From Nitrospirota bacterium (GTDB lineage: Bacteria; Nitrospirota; Thermodesulfovibrionia; Thermodesulfovibrionales; JdFR-86): a stretch of 64,000 nucleotides of DNA. The notes beneath the pieces are model-generated. The model worked only from the letters and a program-made list of their open reading frames with translations, was not told the origin of the DNA and searched no databases. Positions 1 through 9,834 of this stretch are shown piece after piece; within the stretch, counting starts at the first letter, position 1; every line of letters begins with the position of its first letter. The stretch lies in NCBI GenBank assembly GCA_963721805.1, contig CAVRJY010000002.1, positions 416,001 to 480,000 on the forward strand, in the 5' to 3' direction. A program made the translations under genes and the position numbers.

Positions 1-895
1 CGCGCCGGGAAGACCCCGCTCGTGCTGGGCCACGAGATCTCGGGCGAGGTAGTGGAGGTAGGCGAGGGCGTCTAGCCGCATCAAACCCGGCGACCGCATA
101 GCCGCATCGCACCACGTCCCGTGCAATACCTGCTGGTACTGCCGAAGCGGCCACGATACCGTATGCGATACCCTGCGCACGACGAAATTCCACCCCGGCG
201 GGTTCTCTGAGTACCTGCGCCTGCCCGCGATCAACGTAGAGCGGGGCGTCTATGTCCTGCCCGAGTCCATGTCTTACGACGAGGCGACGTTCATTGAGCC
301 GCTCGCCTGCGTGCTCAGGGGCCAGAGGAAGACAGGCATGAGGCTCGGCTCATCCGTGCTGGTGATCGGCAGCGGCATATCCGGGCTGCTGCATATAAGG
401 CTCGCGCTCGCGCTTGGCGCAGGGCTCGTCGTATCGACCGATATAAATGAGTACCGCATCAAGGCGGCTAGGCAGAGCGGGGCGCATGCTGTGCTGAGTG
501 CCGCATCCGATGTGCCTTCTGAGTTCAGGAAGCTCAATAACAATAGGGGCGCGGACGTAGTGATACTCACGGCCGGGGCACCGAAGGCGATAGCGCAGGC
601 GACAGAGAGCGTCGACCGCGGGGGGACCGTACTGTTCTTCGCCCCGGCATCGGGGGATGCCAGCTTCCCGCTGCCTGTAAACAAACTCTTCTGGCGCAAT
701 GAGATAACGCTTACCTCAACCTATGCCGCGAACCCGGCAGAGCACTTCGATTCGATGGAGCTGATACGCTCCGGCCGCGTGAAGGTCGCAGACCTGATAA
801 CCCACCGCCTGCCGCTTGAGCGCACGGTCGAGGGGTTCCGGCTCGTAGCGGGTGCCGGGGAATCCATAAAGGTTATAATAACGCCTCAACTTTAG
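1..895 (+). CDS. Zn-dependent alcohol/polyol dehydrogenase (MDR family), 5'-truncated by window edge, +1 frameshift near nt 73
   Basis: Frame 1 reads PLVLGHEISGEVVEVGEGV then TAG (73-75); frame 2 continues RIKPGDRIAASHHVPCNTCWYCRSGHDTVC (structural Zn Cys cluster) into ORF 269..895 with EPLAC and GSGISG motifs. Confidence 0.85.
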
Positions 896-915
896 CTGAT
901 AAAGGAGCGTGCGGG

Positions 916-1791
916 ATGGCTGACATCGAAGGATTGAGGGAGATTGACGTTAAGAAGAAGCGGTCCGTGACCGCCGGGATCAAGGGCGCGTCGAACATGG
1001 ACTGGGGCATGAAGAACCGCCTCTCGCGCATCATAAAGCCCGCTTCCGGCAAGACCGTGATGCTCGCGGTCGACCACGGGTACTTCCTCGGCCCCACGAG
1101 CGGCCTCGAGGAGCCCGGTTGCGTGATAGCCCCGCTGCTGCCCTATGCCGACGCGCTGATGCCGACGCGCGGCGTGCTGCGCTCCTGCGTCGATGCCGGG
1201 GCGGCCCAGGCAACGCCGATATGCCTTCGGGTATCGGGCACCAACAGCATACTCAAGGAGCTCTCAAACGAGGACCTTATAGTCGCGATGGAGGACGCCA
1301 TGAGGCTCAACTGCTCGGCCGTCGCTATCTCCATCTACATAGGCGCGGAGTATCAGGAGCGCACGCTTCGCAACCTCGCAAAGCTCGTCGACGAGGGCCA
1401 GCGAGTCGGCATGCCGGTGCTCGCGGTGACGGCTGTGGGCAAGGACATGGTGCGCGACGCGCGGTATCTCTCGCTTGCGTGCAGGATAGCTGCCGAGATA
1501 GGCGCTAACGTGGTCAAGACCTACTACTGCGAGGGCTTCGAGCGGCTCGTCAATACCTGCCCGGTGCCGCTCGTCATGGCCGGGGGCAAGAAGCTCCCCG
1601 AGGACGAGGCGCTTCAGCTCACCTATGACGCGATCTCGCGCGGCGCGGCCGGCGTGGACATGGGCCGCAACATATTCCAGTCCTCCGACCCGGTCGCGAT
1701 GATACAGGCAGTGCGCGCGGTCGTGCACAACGGGGAGTCGCCCAAGAAGGCCTACGAGATGTTCAAGGCGCTCAAAAGGAGGAAGAGATAA
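916..1791 (+). CDS. lsrF: LsrF-like thiolase / class I DhnA-type aldolase
   Basis: MDWGMKNRLSRI, MLAVDHGYFLGPTSGLE, VKTYY, AGGKK, GVDMGRNIFQS motifs; AAGGAG RBS. Confidence 0.85.
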   Translation: MADIEGLREIDVKKKRSVTAGIKGASNMDWGMKNRLSRIIKPASGKTVMLAVDHGYFLGPTSGLEEPGCVIAPLLPYADALMPTRGVLRSCVDAGAAQATPICLRVSGTNSILKELSNEDLIVAMEDAMRLNCSAVAISIYIGAEYQERTLRNLAKLVDEGQRVGMPVLAVTAVGKDMVRDARYLSLACRIAAEIGANVVKTYYCEGFERLVNTCPVPLVMAGGKKLPEDEALQLTYDAISRGAAGVDMGRNIFQSSDPVAMIQAVRAVVHNGESPKKAYEMFKALKRRKR

Positions 1792-2216
1792 TGGCAACGG
1801 AAGTCACCGCGCACGTTAAATACATAGACGGGCTTCAGTTCGTGGGCTCCTCCGAGAGCGGCCACGCCATCGTAATGGACGGCCCGGTGAAATCAGGCGG
1901 CCACGACAGCGGGATGTCGCCGATGGAGCTGCTGCTCGTGGCGATCGGGGGCTGCACCGGGATGGACGTGGCCTCTGTGCTAAGAAAGAAAAAGCAGCCG
2001 TTTACCTCGCTTGAGGTCATCACGCACGGCACTAAATCCGAGCATGACCCGATGTGGTTCAAAGAGGTGACGATAGAGTACGTCATCAGGGGCAAGGGCG
2101 TAAGCGAGACCGCGGTAAAGCGCGCGATAGACCTCTCGTTCGAGAAGTACTGCTCCGTGAAGGCCACGTTCGAGAACTCCTCGAAGGTCGGCTTCAGCTA
2201 CCGGATAGAGGACTAG
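1791..2216 (+). CDS. OsmC/YhfA family protein
   Basis: SPMELLLVAIGGCTGMDV and EKYCSV two-Cys motifs. Confidence 0.9.
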   Translation: MATEVTAHVKYIDGLQFVGSSESGHAIVMDGPVKSGGHDSGMSPMELLLVAIGGCTGMDVASVLRKKKQPFTSLEVITHGTKSEHDPMWFKEVTIEYVIRGKGVSETAVKRAIDLSFEKYCSVKATFENSSKVGFSYRIED

Positions 2217-2219
2217 GGC

Positions 2220-2681
2220 TTGCCCATAGGGCGGGCCATACTCAAGCACATAGCCACGCTCGGGCCGGTGGGGTATATGCCGGTCGCGCCCGGCACCTGG
2301 GGCACGCTCGCCGCGGCGCTCGCGGTCACGGCGATGTACGGGCTATCGGACCACGCGTTCGCTGCGATAGCGGTTGGGGTCACGCTGATCGGGACATGGG
2401 CCGCGGACTCGGCCGAGCGCACGATAGGCGGGAAAGACCCCGGATGCGTGGTGATCGACGAGGTCGCGGGATATTTCGTCTCGGTCTTATACCTTCCGCG
2501 GACGGCGGCCATACTGTTCGCGGCGTTTTTTCTCTTCAGGATATTCGACATAATCAAGCCGCCGCCATGCCGTCGGCTTGAGCGCATGGGCGGCGGCCTC
2601 GGCATAATGATGGACGACGTCGCGGCCGGCATATATACGAACATCGTGATCAGGGCATGGCTGATAGCGTTTCTGAGATAG
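2220..2681 (+). CDS. pgpA: Phosphatidylglycerophosphatase A
   Basis: APGTWGT, DPGCVVIDEVAG, FRIFDIIKP, GIMMDDVAAG motifs. Confidence 0.92.
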   Translation: MPIGRAILKHIATLGPVGYMPVAPGTWGTLAAALAVTAMYGLSDHAFAAIAVGVTLIGTWAADSAERTIGGKDPGCVVIDEVAGYFVSVLYLPRTAAILFAAFFLFRIFDIIKPPPCRRLERMGGGLGIMMDDVAAGIYTNIVIRAWLIAFLR

Positions 2682-3145
2682 CGGCCGACGTCCACCGGAT
2701 CTTTACCGAGCGCAAGCTCAGGCTCTCGGTCGCCGAGAGCTGCACCGGGGGGCTTATAAGCCAGGCGCTCACCGCCCTGCCGGGTGCGTCGGGATTTTTC
2801 GATACCGGAATCGTCTGCTATGCGATATCATCTAAGTTGAGGGTGCTCGGGCTGGACGCGGGCCTGCTGGGTAAGCATGGGGCTATCAGCGGCGAGGCGG
2901 CCCTCGCGATGGCCGAGGGCGTGCGCGGGATAAGCGGGACCGACTACGCCCTTGCGATAACCGGAAACCTCGGCCCCGAGCCGATGGAGGGAAAGCCGGT
3001 CGGGCACGTGCATATGGCCGTGGCCGCGGAAGGCAGGACGCGCTCGGCCGAGATGACGTTTGAGGGCGGACGCGGGGAGATAAGGCACGCGGCCGCCGAG
3101 GCCGCGCTTTGGGTGCTGTATAACTTTGTAAGGGAGGCCCGATGA
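2657..3145 (+). CDS. cinA: CinA C-terminal domain / NMN deamidase (PncC-like)
   Basis: VAESCTGG motif; conserved position upstream of thpR-recA. Confidence 0.88.
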   Translation: MADSVSEIAADVHRIFTERKLRLSVAESCTGGLISQALTALPGASGFFDTGIVCYAISSKLRVLGLDAGLLGKHGAISGEAALAMAEGVRGISGTDYALAITGNLGPEPMEGKPVGHVHMAVAAEGRTRSAEMTFEGGRGEIRHAAAEAALWVLYNFVREAR

Positions 3146-3708
3146 TGAGGTGCTTTATAGCCATAGAGCTTGCGCCTGAGCTCAGGCAGTCGGTATGGGA
3201 TAAGACCGCCGCTCTGAGGGCCACCAGCGCGGACGTCAGGTGGGTGGCCGAGCGGAACTTCCACCTCACGATGAAATTTCTGGGCGATACGCCGCAAGGT
3301 GCGATAGAGGGCATAAGCCGGGCGCTCGATAAGGCCGTGGCCGGGCTCACGGAGTTCGACCTCGCGTTTCGGGGCTGCGGGGCGTTTCCGAACCTCCGAA
3401 ACCCGCACGTCGTATGGATCGGGCTCGTCGGGTTCGGCCGCCTGATGGCGATACAGTCCGTTGTGGAGCCCGCGATGGTCTCTCTGGGGTTCCCTCCGGA
3501 GGAGCGCGCGTTCAGCCCGCACCTGACGATAGGCCGCGTGAAGAGCCCGCGCGGGGCCAATGCGCTGGCCGATGAGGTGACGAAGCTCAAGGCCGAGGAG
3601 TTCGGCTGCTCGCACGTAAGCGGCGTGGCCCTGATGCAGAGCGAACTGCGCCCCGACGGCCCGGTATACACGCGGCTTTACGCGGCCCCGCTCGAGGGAC
3701 TTGAATAA
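3142..3708 (+). CDS. thpR: RNA 2',3'-cyclic phosphodiesterase
   Basis: RCFIAI N-terminus and two HxT motifs (HLTMKFLG, PHLTIGR). Confidence 0.92.
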   Translation: MMRCFIAIELAPELRQSVWDKTAALRATSADVRWVAERNFHLTMKFLGDTPQGAIEGISRALDKAVAGLTEFDLAFRGCGAFPNLRNPHVVWIGLVGFGRLMAIQSVVEPAMVSLGFPPEERAFSPHLTIGRVKSPRGANALADEVTKLKAEEFGCSHVSGVALMQSELRPDGPVYTRLYAAPLEGLE

Positions 3709-3757
3709 TATGGCGATATAGGTAAAATATAGTACCCCCTAAGGAGGACGTGCATAC

Positions 3758-4768
3758 ATGGATAAGGACAAGGTAAAGGCGCTCGACGCCGCCATATCGC
3801 AGATAGAGAAGAGTTTCGGGAAGGGCTCGATAATGCGCCTAGGCGCTGGGGGCGTGGCCGAGGGCGTGCAGGTGATACCGACAGGGTCGCTGGCGCTCGA
3901 CATAGCGACCGGCATAGGCGGCTACCCGCGCGGCAGGATAGTGGAGATATACGGCCCAGAGTCCTCGGGCAAGACCACGCTGGCGCTGCATGCCATAGCC
4001 CAGGCCCAGAAGGCCGGCGGCACCGCGGCGTTCATCGACGCCGAGCACGCGCTGGATATCAATTACGCAGGAAGGCTCGGCGTCAACGTCGAGGAGCTGC
4101 TCGTCTCGCAGCCCGACACCGGCGAGCAGGCGCTGGAAGTATCCGAGACGCTCGTGCGAAGCGGGGCGGTCGACATCATAGTGATCGACTCGGTCGCTGC
4201 CCTCGTGCCGAAGGCCGAGATAGAGGGCGACATGGGCGACTCCCTGCCGGGCCTGCAGGCCCGCCTGATGAGCCAGGCCATGCGCAAGCTCACCGCGGCG
4301 ATATCGAAGTCCAACACCACGATCATCTTCATCAACCAGATCCGCATGAAGATCGGCGTGATGTTCGGCAACCCGGAGACGACGACCGGCGGAAACGCGC
4401 TTAAGTTCTACGCCTCGATGCGCTTCGACATACGCCGCATAGATTCTATCAAGTCCGACACCGAGGTGATCGGCGGCAGGGCGCGCGTCAAGGTAGTCAA
4501 GAACAAGATGGCCCCGCCGTTTAAGCAGGCCGAGTTCGACATCTACTATAACGAGGGCATCTCGCGCCCGGGCGAGGTCCTCGACCTGGGCGTCGCGGCC
4601 GGGATCGTCGATAAGGCCGGGGCGTGGTTCAGCTACGGCGGGCAGAAGATTGGGCAGGGCCGCGAGAGCTCCAAGGCTTACCTCAAGGAGCATCCCGAGG
4701 TCATGAAGGAGATCGAAGACAAGCTTGCCTCGCCTGCGCCGGAGAAAAAGCTCGCGGAGAAGAAATGA
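3758..4768 (+). CDS. recA: Recombinase RecA
   Basis: GPESSGKTT Walker [26 protein letters not shown]. Confidence 0.99.
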   Translation: MDKDKVKALDAAISQIEKSFGKGSIMRLGAGGVAEGVQVIPTGSLALDIATGIGGYPRGRIVEIYGPESSGKTTLALHAIAQAQKAGGTAAFIDAEHALDINYAGRLGVNVEELLVSQPDTGEQALEVSETLVRSGAVDIIVIDSVAALVPKAEIEGDMGDSLPGLQARLMSQAMRKLTAAISKSNTTIIFINQIRMKIGVMFGNPETTTGGNALKFYASMRFDIRRIDSIKSDTEVIGGRARVKVVKNKMAPPFKQAEFDIYYNEGISRPGEVLDLGVAAGIVDKAGAWFSYGGQKIGQGRESSKAYLKEHPEVMKEIEDKLASPAPEKKLAEKK

Positions 4769-5913
4769 AAGACATCAAGGACCTCCTCAGGACCGCGGTC
4801 GAGATGAAGGCCTCTGACCTGCATCTCAAGGTCGGCTCGCCTCCTATCGTGAGGCTTTACGGCAACCTTACCCCGCTTCAGAGCGAGGAGCGCCTTACGT
4901 ACGAAGACACCCTGAAGATGAGCCTCGAGGTCATGAGCCAGGGCCAGCGAGAGGCGTTTAAAAAGAAAAACGACCTCGACTTCGCATACAGCGTGCCGGG
5001 GCTCGGCAGGTTCCGCTGCAACGTATTCGTGCAGCGCGGCGCGGTCGGGATGGTCTTCCGATCCATACCGATGAAGATCCCGACGGTCGAGGAGCTCAAC
5101 CTCCCGAAGGTGCTCTATAAGATCGCGGGCTACGAACGCGGCCTGATCCTCGTCACCGGCGCGACCGGGAGCGGAAAATCCACGACCCTCGCCGCGCTCA
5201 TCGACAACGTCAACATCAACCGCACCGCGAACATCGTCACTATCGAAGACCCGATCGAGTACCTCCACCGCGACAAGCGCGGCATCATCAACCAGCGCGA
5301 GGTCGGCACCGACACGTTAAGCTTCTCCGTAGCGCTCAGGGCCTCGCTCAGGCAGGACCCTGACGTCATACTCGTCGGCGAGATGCGGGATTTGGAGACC
5401 ATCGAGACCGCGATGATGGCGGCCGAGACCGGTCACCTCGTCATGAGCACCCTGCATACGATAGACGCGGCCGAGACCGTAAACCGCATAATCGGTTCGT
5501 TCCCGCCGCACCAGCAGTCCCAGATACGCATACAGCTGGCCTCGATAATAAAGGCGATCATATCGATGCGCCTCGTGCCGAAGGCCGACGGCTCCGGCCG
5601 GGTCCCCGCGATCGAGGTCATGATCGCTACCTCGCTGATCAGGGAGTGCATCACCGACCCCACGAAGACGAAGCTGATCAACGACATCATGGTGCAGGGC
5701 AGGCTCGGCTACGAGATGCAGACCTTCGACCAGGCGCTCTTCGACCTCTACAGCTCGGGCAATATAACCTTCGACGAGGCGCTCAAATGGGCCTCCAACC
5801 CGGAGGACTTCAAGCTCAAGGTCTCGGGCATCAGTTCAACGGCAGACGAGTCGGTCGAGCCGTTTATAAACCCCGAGCAGAACAAGCCGGAGATCGACAG
5901 GTTCGCCAAGTAG
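4765..5913 (+). CDS. pilT: Type IV pilus retraction ATPase PilT/PilU family
   Basis: [41 protein letters not shown] overlaps recA stop (ATGA). Confidence 0.92.
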   Translation: MKDIKDLLRTAVEMKASDLHLKVGSPPIVRLYGNLTPLQSEERLTYEDTLKMSLEVMSQGQREAFKKKNDLDFAYSVPGLGRFRCNVFVQRGAVGMVFRSIPMKIPTVEELNLPKVLYKIAGYERGLILVTGATGSGKSTTLAALIDNVNINRTANIVTIEDPIEYLHRDKRGIINQREVGTDTLSFSVALRASLRQDPDVILVGEMRDLETIETAMMAAETGHLVMSTLHTIDAAETVNRIIGSFPPHQQSQIRIQLASIIKAIISMRLVPKADGSGRVPAIEVMIATSLIRECITDPTKTKLINDIMVQGRLGYEMQTFDQALFDLYSSGNITFDEALKWASNPEDFKLKVSGISSTADESVEPFINPEQNKPEIDRFAK

Positions 5914-5949
5914 CTGCCGCCCGGATGCGGTAAGGGAATTTTCCAGAGA

Positions 5950-6453
5950 TTGACAAAACAGAAGGCGTCCGGCGGGGGAGGCGACGCGGTAAGATATGCC
6001 CTCAGGCTCCTGAGCTACCGCCCAAGGAGCGAACGCGAACTCCGCGAGAGGCTGCTGCGCAAGGGGTTCGCCCCTGAGGCGGCCGACGCGGCGCTGGAGC
6101 GGATGAAGGCGCTTGGATACGTCGACGACACCGCGCTGGCCGATTCGCTTCGGCGCATCGCCTCGGAAGGCTCAAAGAAGCTCGGGGCCGCCGGGGCGCT
6201 CAGGTTCATGAGGCAGAGGGGCATACCAGAGGCGATAGCGCGCGGGGCGCTTGAGGGCTATGACGAGGCCGGGCCCGCCGAGCGGTTCGCCTCGAAGCGC
6301 ATGGCCTCGCTCTCGGGTCTCGACCCCGCAGTAGCAAAAAGAAGGCTCTCGGCCCGCCTTGCGCGCCGGGGGTTCGGGTACGATACTATACGCAAAACCG
6401 TCTCAAACTCGTTTCTAAAGGAGGATAAGACCGATGACGAAAAGGACGCTTAG
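5950..6453 (+). CDS. recX: Regulatory protein RecX
   Basis: ALRLLSYRPRSERELRERL, YVDD, LARRGF motifs; near recA. Confidence 0.9.
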   Translation: MTKQKASGGGGDAVRYALRLLSYRPRSERELRERLLRKGFAPEAADAALERMKALGYVDDTALADSLRRIASEGSKKLGAAGALRFMRQRGIPEAIARGALEGYDEAGPAERFASKRMASLSGLDPAVAKRRLSARLARRGFGYDTIRKTVSNSFLKEDKTDDEKDA

Positions 6454-6847
6454 CGCAGTGGCGCTCGCCGGGGCAGTGATAGTGCTCTGCGGCTGCTCAA
6501 AGGGGGTCAGGTATTCGCCGACCGAGATAGAGGGCTATCCGCCGCAGGTGCAGGAGCAGATCAAGAGCGGTGATCTTACGCTCGGGATGTCCACGACCGT
6601 CGTGCGCTATACCTGGGGCACGCCCAGCGACGTGTACGTGATGGGGCTGGACCCCGAGGGCCGCGCCCACGAGGAATGGGTATATTACTCTTTCCCGTTT
6701 TTCCACACCAGGCTCGTCTTCAAGGACAACAAGCTCGTGGGCATAGTCTCCGGCTTCGCGACCAACGACCAGATATTGCCGGATAAACGGGTCGGCAGCG
6801 CCGACGCGCCCAGGCCCGCCGACTCCCCCAAGGAGCCTGCCAAGTAA
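6434..6847 (+). CDS. Putative lipoprotein (SmpA/BamE-like fold possible)
   Basis: Lipobox-like VLCGC after hydrophobic leader; LGMS..V...WG.P and EEWVY pattern. Confidence 0.6.
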   Translation: MTKRTLSAVALAGAVIVLCGCSKGVRYSPTEIEGYPPQVQEQIKSGDLTLGMSTTVVRYTWGTPSDVYVMGLDPEGRAHEEWVYYSFPFFHTRLVFKDNKLVGIVSGFATNDQILPDKRVGSADAPRPADSPKEPAK

Positions 6848-9492
6848 TGAAGAGCGCGGATGTCAGGAAGGCTTTTCTGGATTTCTTCGCCGAGCGCGGC
6901 CATACGGTCGTGCGCAGCTCGTCATTGATCCCACGGCACGACCCCACGCTGCTTTTCACGAACGCCGGGATGGTGCAGTTCAAGTCCGTGTTCCTCGGCG
7001 AGGAGATGAGGGCCTATAACCGCGCGACCACCTCTCAGAAGTGCATGCGCGCAGGCGGCAAGCACAGCGACATAGAGAACGTCGGACATACCGCGCGCCA
7101 CCATACGTTTTTCGAGATGCTCGGCAACTTCTCCTTCGGCGACTACTTCAAGGCCGACGCGATACGCTTCGCATGGGAGCTGCTGACCGAGGTATACAAG
7201 CTTCCCAAGGACAAGCTCTGGGCCACGGTTTACCTAGACGACGACGAGGCCGAGCGGCTCTGGCTTGAAAATACGGGCATGCCCAAGGAGCGTATCGTCC
7301 GCCTCGGGGCCAAGGACAACTTCTGGCAGATGGCCGACACCGGGCCCTGCGGCCCGTGCTCCGAGATCATCATAGACCAGGGCCCTGAGATGGGCTGCGG
7401 CAAGGACGGCTGCGCCGTGGGCTGCGACTGCGACCGCTTCCTCGAGCTCTGGAACCTCGTGTTCATGCAGTACCACCGCGACGAGAGCGGCAAGCTTAAC
7501 CCCCTGCCGAAGCCGAGCATTGACACCGGCATGGGGCTTGAACGCATATGCTCCGTGTTGCAGGACAAACGTAGCAATTTCGACACCGATTTATTCGATG
7601 AGCTGCGCGCCTCGATATCCAGCCTCACTGGCGTGGCATACGGAAAGTCCGAGGCCACGGACGTATCGATCCGCGTGATAGCGGACCACCTGCGCGCCTC
7701 GACATTCCTCATAAGCGACGGCCTGATGCCCGCAAACGACGGCAGGGGCTACGTGCTTCGGCGCATCATCCGCCGCGCCTCGCGCCACGCGAGGCTCCTG
7801 GGGATGAACGAGCCGATGCTCTATAAGGCGATGGACGCCGTGGTCTCGACGATGGGCGGGGTCTACCCGGAGCTCCAGACCGAACGCGAGAGGGCCGCGA
7901 AGGTGCTGCATGCCGAGGAGGAGCGGTTCGGCCGCACGCTGGAGCACGGCCTCCGCGTGCTCGACGAGCTGCTTGAAGCAATGCGCAAGCGGGGCGAAAA
8001 GACGATCCCCGGCGCTGAGGTCTTCAAGCTCTACGATACCTTCGGCTTCCCGCTGGACCTCGCACGCGACATCGCATTGGACAGCGGCCTGGAGCTCGAC
8101 GAGCAGGGCTTCATGGACGCGATGGACGCGCAAAAGCAGCGCGCACGCGCCTCGTGGGTTGGGGTCGAAAGCGCGGTCTCGGCGATATACAAGACCATTC
8201 ACGCCGAACTAGGCGATACGCAGTTTCTGGGCTACGACTCGCTCGACGGCGAGGCAACGGTGCGCGCGATCATCAAAGATGGCGCGGTTGCAGACAGCGC
8301 CCGGGCCGGCGACGAGGTAGAGGTAGTGCTCGACAGGACGCCGTTTTACGGAGAATCCGGCGGACAGGCCGGCGACCATGGCTCGATAAGCGCAGGTGAT
8401 CTCAGGCTCGACGTCCAAGACACCAAAAAGCCTTTCGAGGGGCTGATGAGCCATCACGTTAAGGTCGCCTCCGGAGAGCTTAAAAAGGGCATGGCGGTAT
8501 ATTGTAAGGTCGACGAGGCCCGCCGCCGCTCGATCATGCGCAACCATACGTCGACCCACCTGCTGCAGGCCGCGCTGCGCCTCACGCTCGGGGAGCACGT
8601 CAAGCAGGCCGGGTCGCTCGTCGAGCCCGAGCGCGTGAGGTTCGACTTCACGCATTTTTCCTCTCTTACCAAGGATGAGCTGCAAGCGGTCGAGGACATC
8701 GTAAACGAGCGCGTGATCGAGGACACAGCCGTCAGGACCGAGGTGCTCGGCATCGCAGAGGCCCAGGCCTCGGGCGCTATGGCGCTTTTCGGCGAGAAAT
8801 ACGGCGATGCGGTGCGCGTCGTGAGCGTCGGGGACTTCAGCAAGGAACTTTGCGGCGGCACGCACGTCAAGGCCACCGGCGAGATCGGGCCGTTTCGGAT
8901 AACCTCGGAGGGCAGTGTGGCCTCCGGAATCAGGCGCATCGAGGCGGTCACAGGAACGTATGCATACGAGATGCTCAAGCATGACCGAAACGAGCTGGCC
9001 GAGATAGGCGCAGTGCTCAAGGCCGGCGGCGAGCCGCTCCAGAAGATCCGCGAGATGCTCGATGAGCTCAAGGCGCTCCAGAAGGAGCGCGAGGCTGCGG
9101 CGAGCGCGGCGTTTCAGGACATGTCGGCAGAGATCGCCCAGGGCGCGCGTGAGATAGCGGGCGTGAAGACTGTAGTCTTCCGCCGCGACGGGATCGAGCA
9201 AAAGGCGCTCCGCGAACTTGCCGACAAGGTGCGCGACCGCCTCGGCTCCGGCGTGGTCGTGCTCGCATCGGCCAACGAGGGAGCCGCCGCGATACTTGCC
9301 GTAGTGACCAAGGACCTCATCCCCGGCTGCGACGCGGGCAGGATACTTAAGGCCGTCGCCGCTGCGTGCGGGGGTTCGGGCGGGGGCAAGCCGGGCATGG
9401 CCCAGGGCGGCGCGAAGGACCTCCAAAAACTGGACAGCGCGCTTGAATCGGTATACGATATCGTTAGGGAGCAGAGAAAAAATTCCTCTTAA
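6847..9492 (+). CDS. alaS: Alanine--tRNA ligase
   Basis: DPTLLFTNAGMVQFK, HHTFFEMLGNFSFGDYFK, ELCGGTH, GGGKPGMAQGG. Confidence 0.99.
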   Translation: MKSADVRKAFLDFFAERGHTVVRSSSLIPRHDPTLLFTNAGMVQFKSVFLGEEMRAYNRATTSQKCMRAGGKHSDIENVGHTARHHTFFEMLGNFSFGDYFKADAIRFAWELLTEVYKLPKDKLWATVYLDDDEAERLWLENTGMPKERIVRLGAKDNFWQMADTGPCGPCSEIIIDQGPEMGCGKDGCAVGCDCDRFLELWNLVFMQYHRDESGKLNPLPKPSIDTGMGLERICSVLQDKRSNFDTDLFDELRASISSLTGVAYGKSEATDVSIRVIADHLRASTFLISDGLMPANDGRGYVLRRIIRRASRHARLLGMNEPMLYKAMDAVVSTMGGVYPELQTERERAAKVLHAEEERFGRTLEHGLRVLDELLEAMRKRGEKTIPGAEVFKLYDTFGFPLDLARDIALDSGLELDEQGFMDAMDAQKQRARASWVGVESAVSAIYKTIHAELGDTQFLGYDSLDGEATVRAIIKDGAVADSARAGDEVEVVLDRTPFYGESGGQAGDHGSISAGDLRLDVQDTKKPFEGLMSHHVKVASGELKKGMAVYCKVDEARRRSIMRNHTSTHLLQAALRLTLGEHVKQAGSLVEPERVRFDFTHFSSLTKDELQAVEDIVNERVIEDTAVRTEVLGIAEAQASGAMALFGEKYGDAVRVVSVGDFSKELCGGTHVKATGEIGPFRITSEGSVASGIRRIEAVTGTYAYEMLKHDRNELAEIGAVLKAGGEPLQKIREMLDELKALQKEREAAASAAFQDMSAEIAQGAREIAGVKTVVFRRDGIEQKALRELADKVRDRLGSGVVVLASANEGAAAILAVVTKDLIPGCDAGRILKAVAAACGGSGGGKPGMAQGGAKDLQKLDSALESVYDIVREQRKNSS

Positions 9493-9507
9493 AAGGGAGG
9501 CCTGACC

Positions 9508-9819
9508 ATGGCGATGTTCGAGTACCTCAGGCGTGCGATGCTGGCCGGTTATGGGATGCAGGAGAAGTTCAACGAGTTCGTCGACGAGCTCGTGAAGAAG
9601 GGCGAACTGAGCAAGGCAGAGGGCGTGAAGCTCGTCAAGGAGTGGTCGGAGAAGGCCGAAAAGAGCGGCGGCGAGCTCTCCAAGGGCTTCGAGGACCTCA
9701 TGGCCTCTGCGCTTAAGAAGCTCAACATCCCGAACAAGGACGAGATCGAGAAGCTCGAGAAGAAGGTCCAGGCCCTGAGCGCCCGCGTCAAGGCCCTCGA
9801 AGATGCCAAGGCCGGGTAA
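9508..9819 (+). CDS. Phasin-like / PHA-granule-associated coiled-coil protein
   Basis: FVDELVKKGEL and LNIPNKDEIEKLEKKV pattern; upstream of a UbiB-family kinase. Confidence 0.7.
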   Translation: MAMFEYLRRAMLAGYGMQEKFNEFVDELVKKGELSKAEGVKLVKEWSEKAEKSGGELSKGFEDLMASALKKLNIPNKDEIEKLEKKVQALSARVKALEDAKAG

Positions 9820-9834
9820 CGGAAGCGCGCGCAT

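Noticed and set aside
73..75. In-frame TAG in the dehydrogenase as pyrrolysine or stop-codon readthrough
   Set aside because: Homology continues in a different frame, so this is a +1 insertion, not readthrough.
3758..6453. pilT located between recA and recX as a novel arrangement
   Set aside because: I recall this gene order from deltaproteobacterial-type genomes, so it is not considered new.
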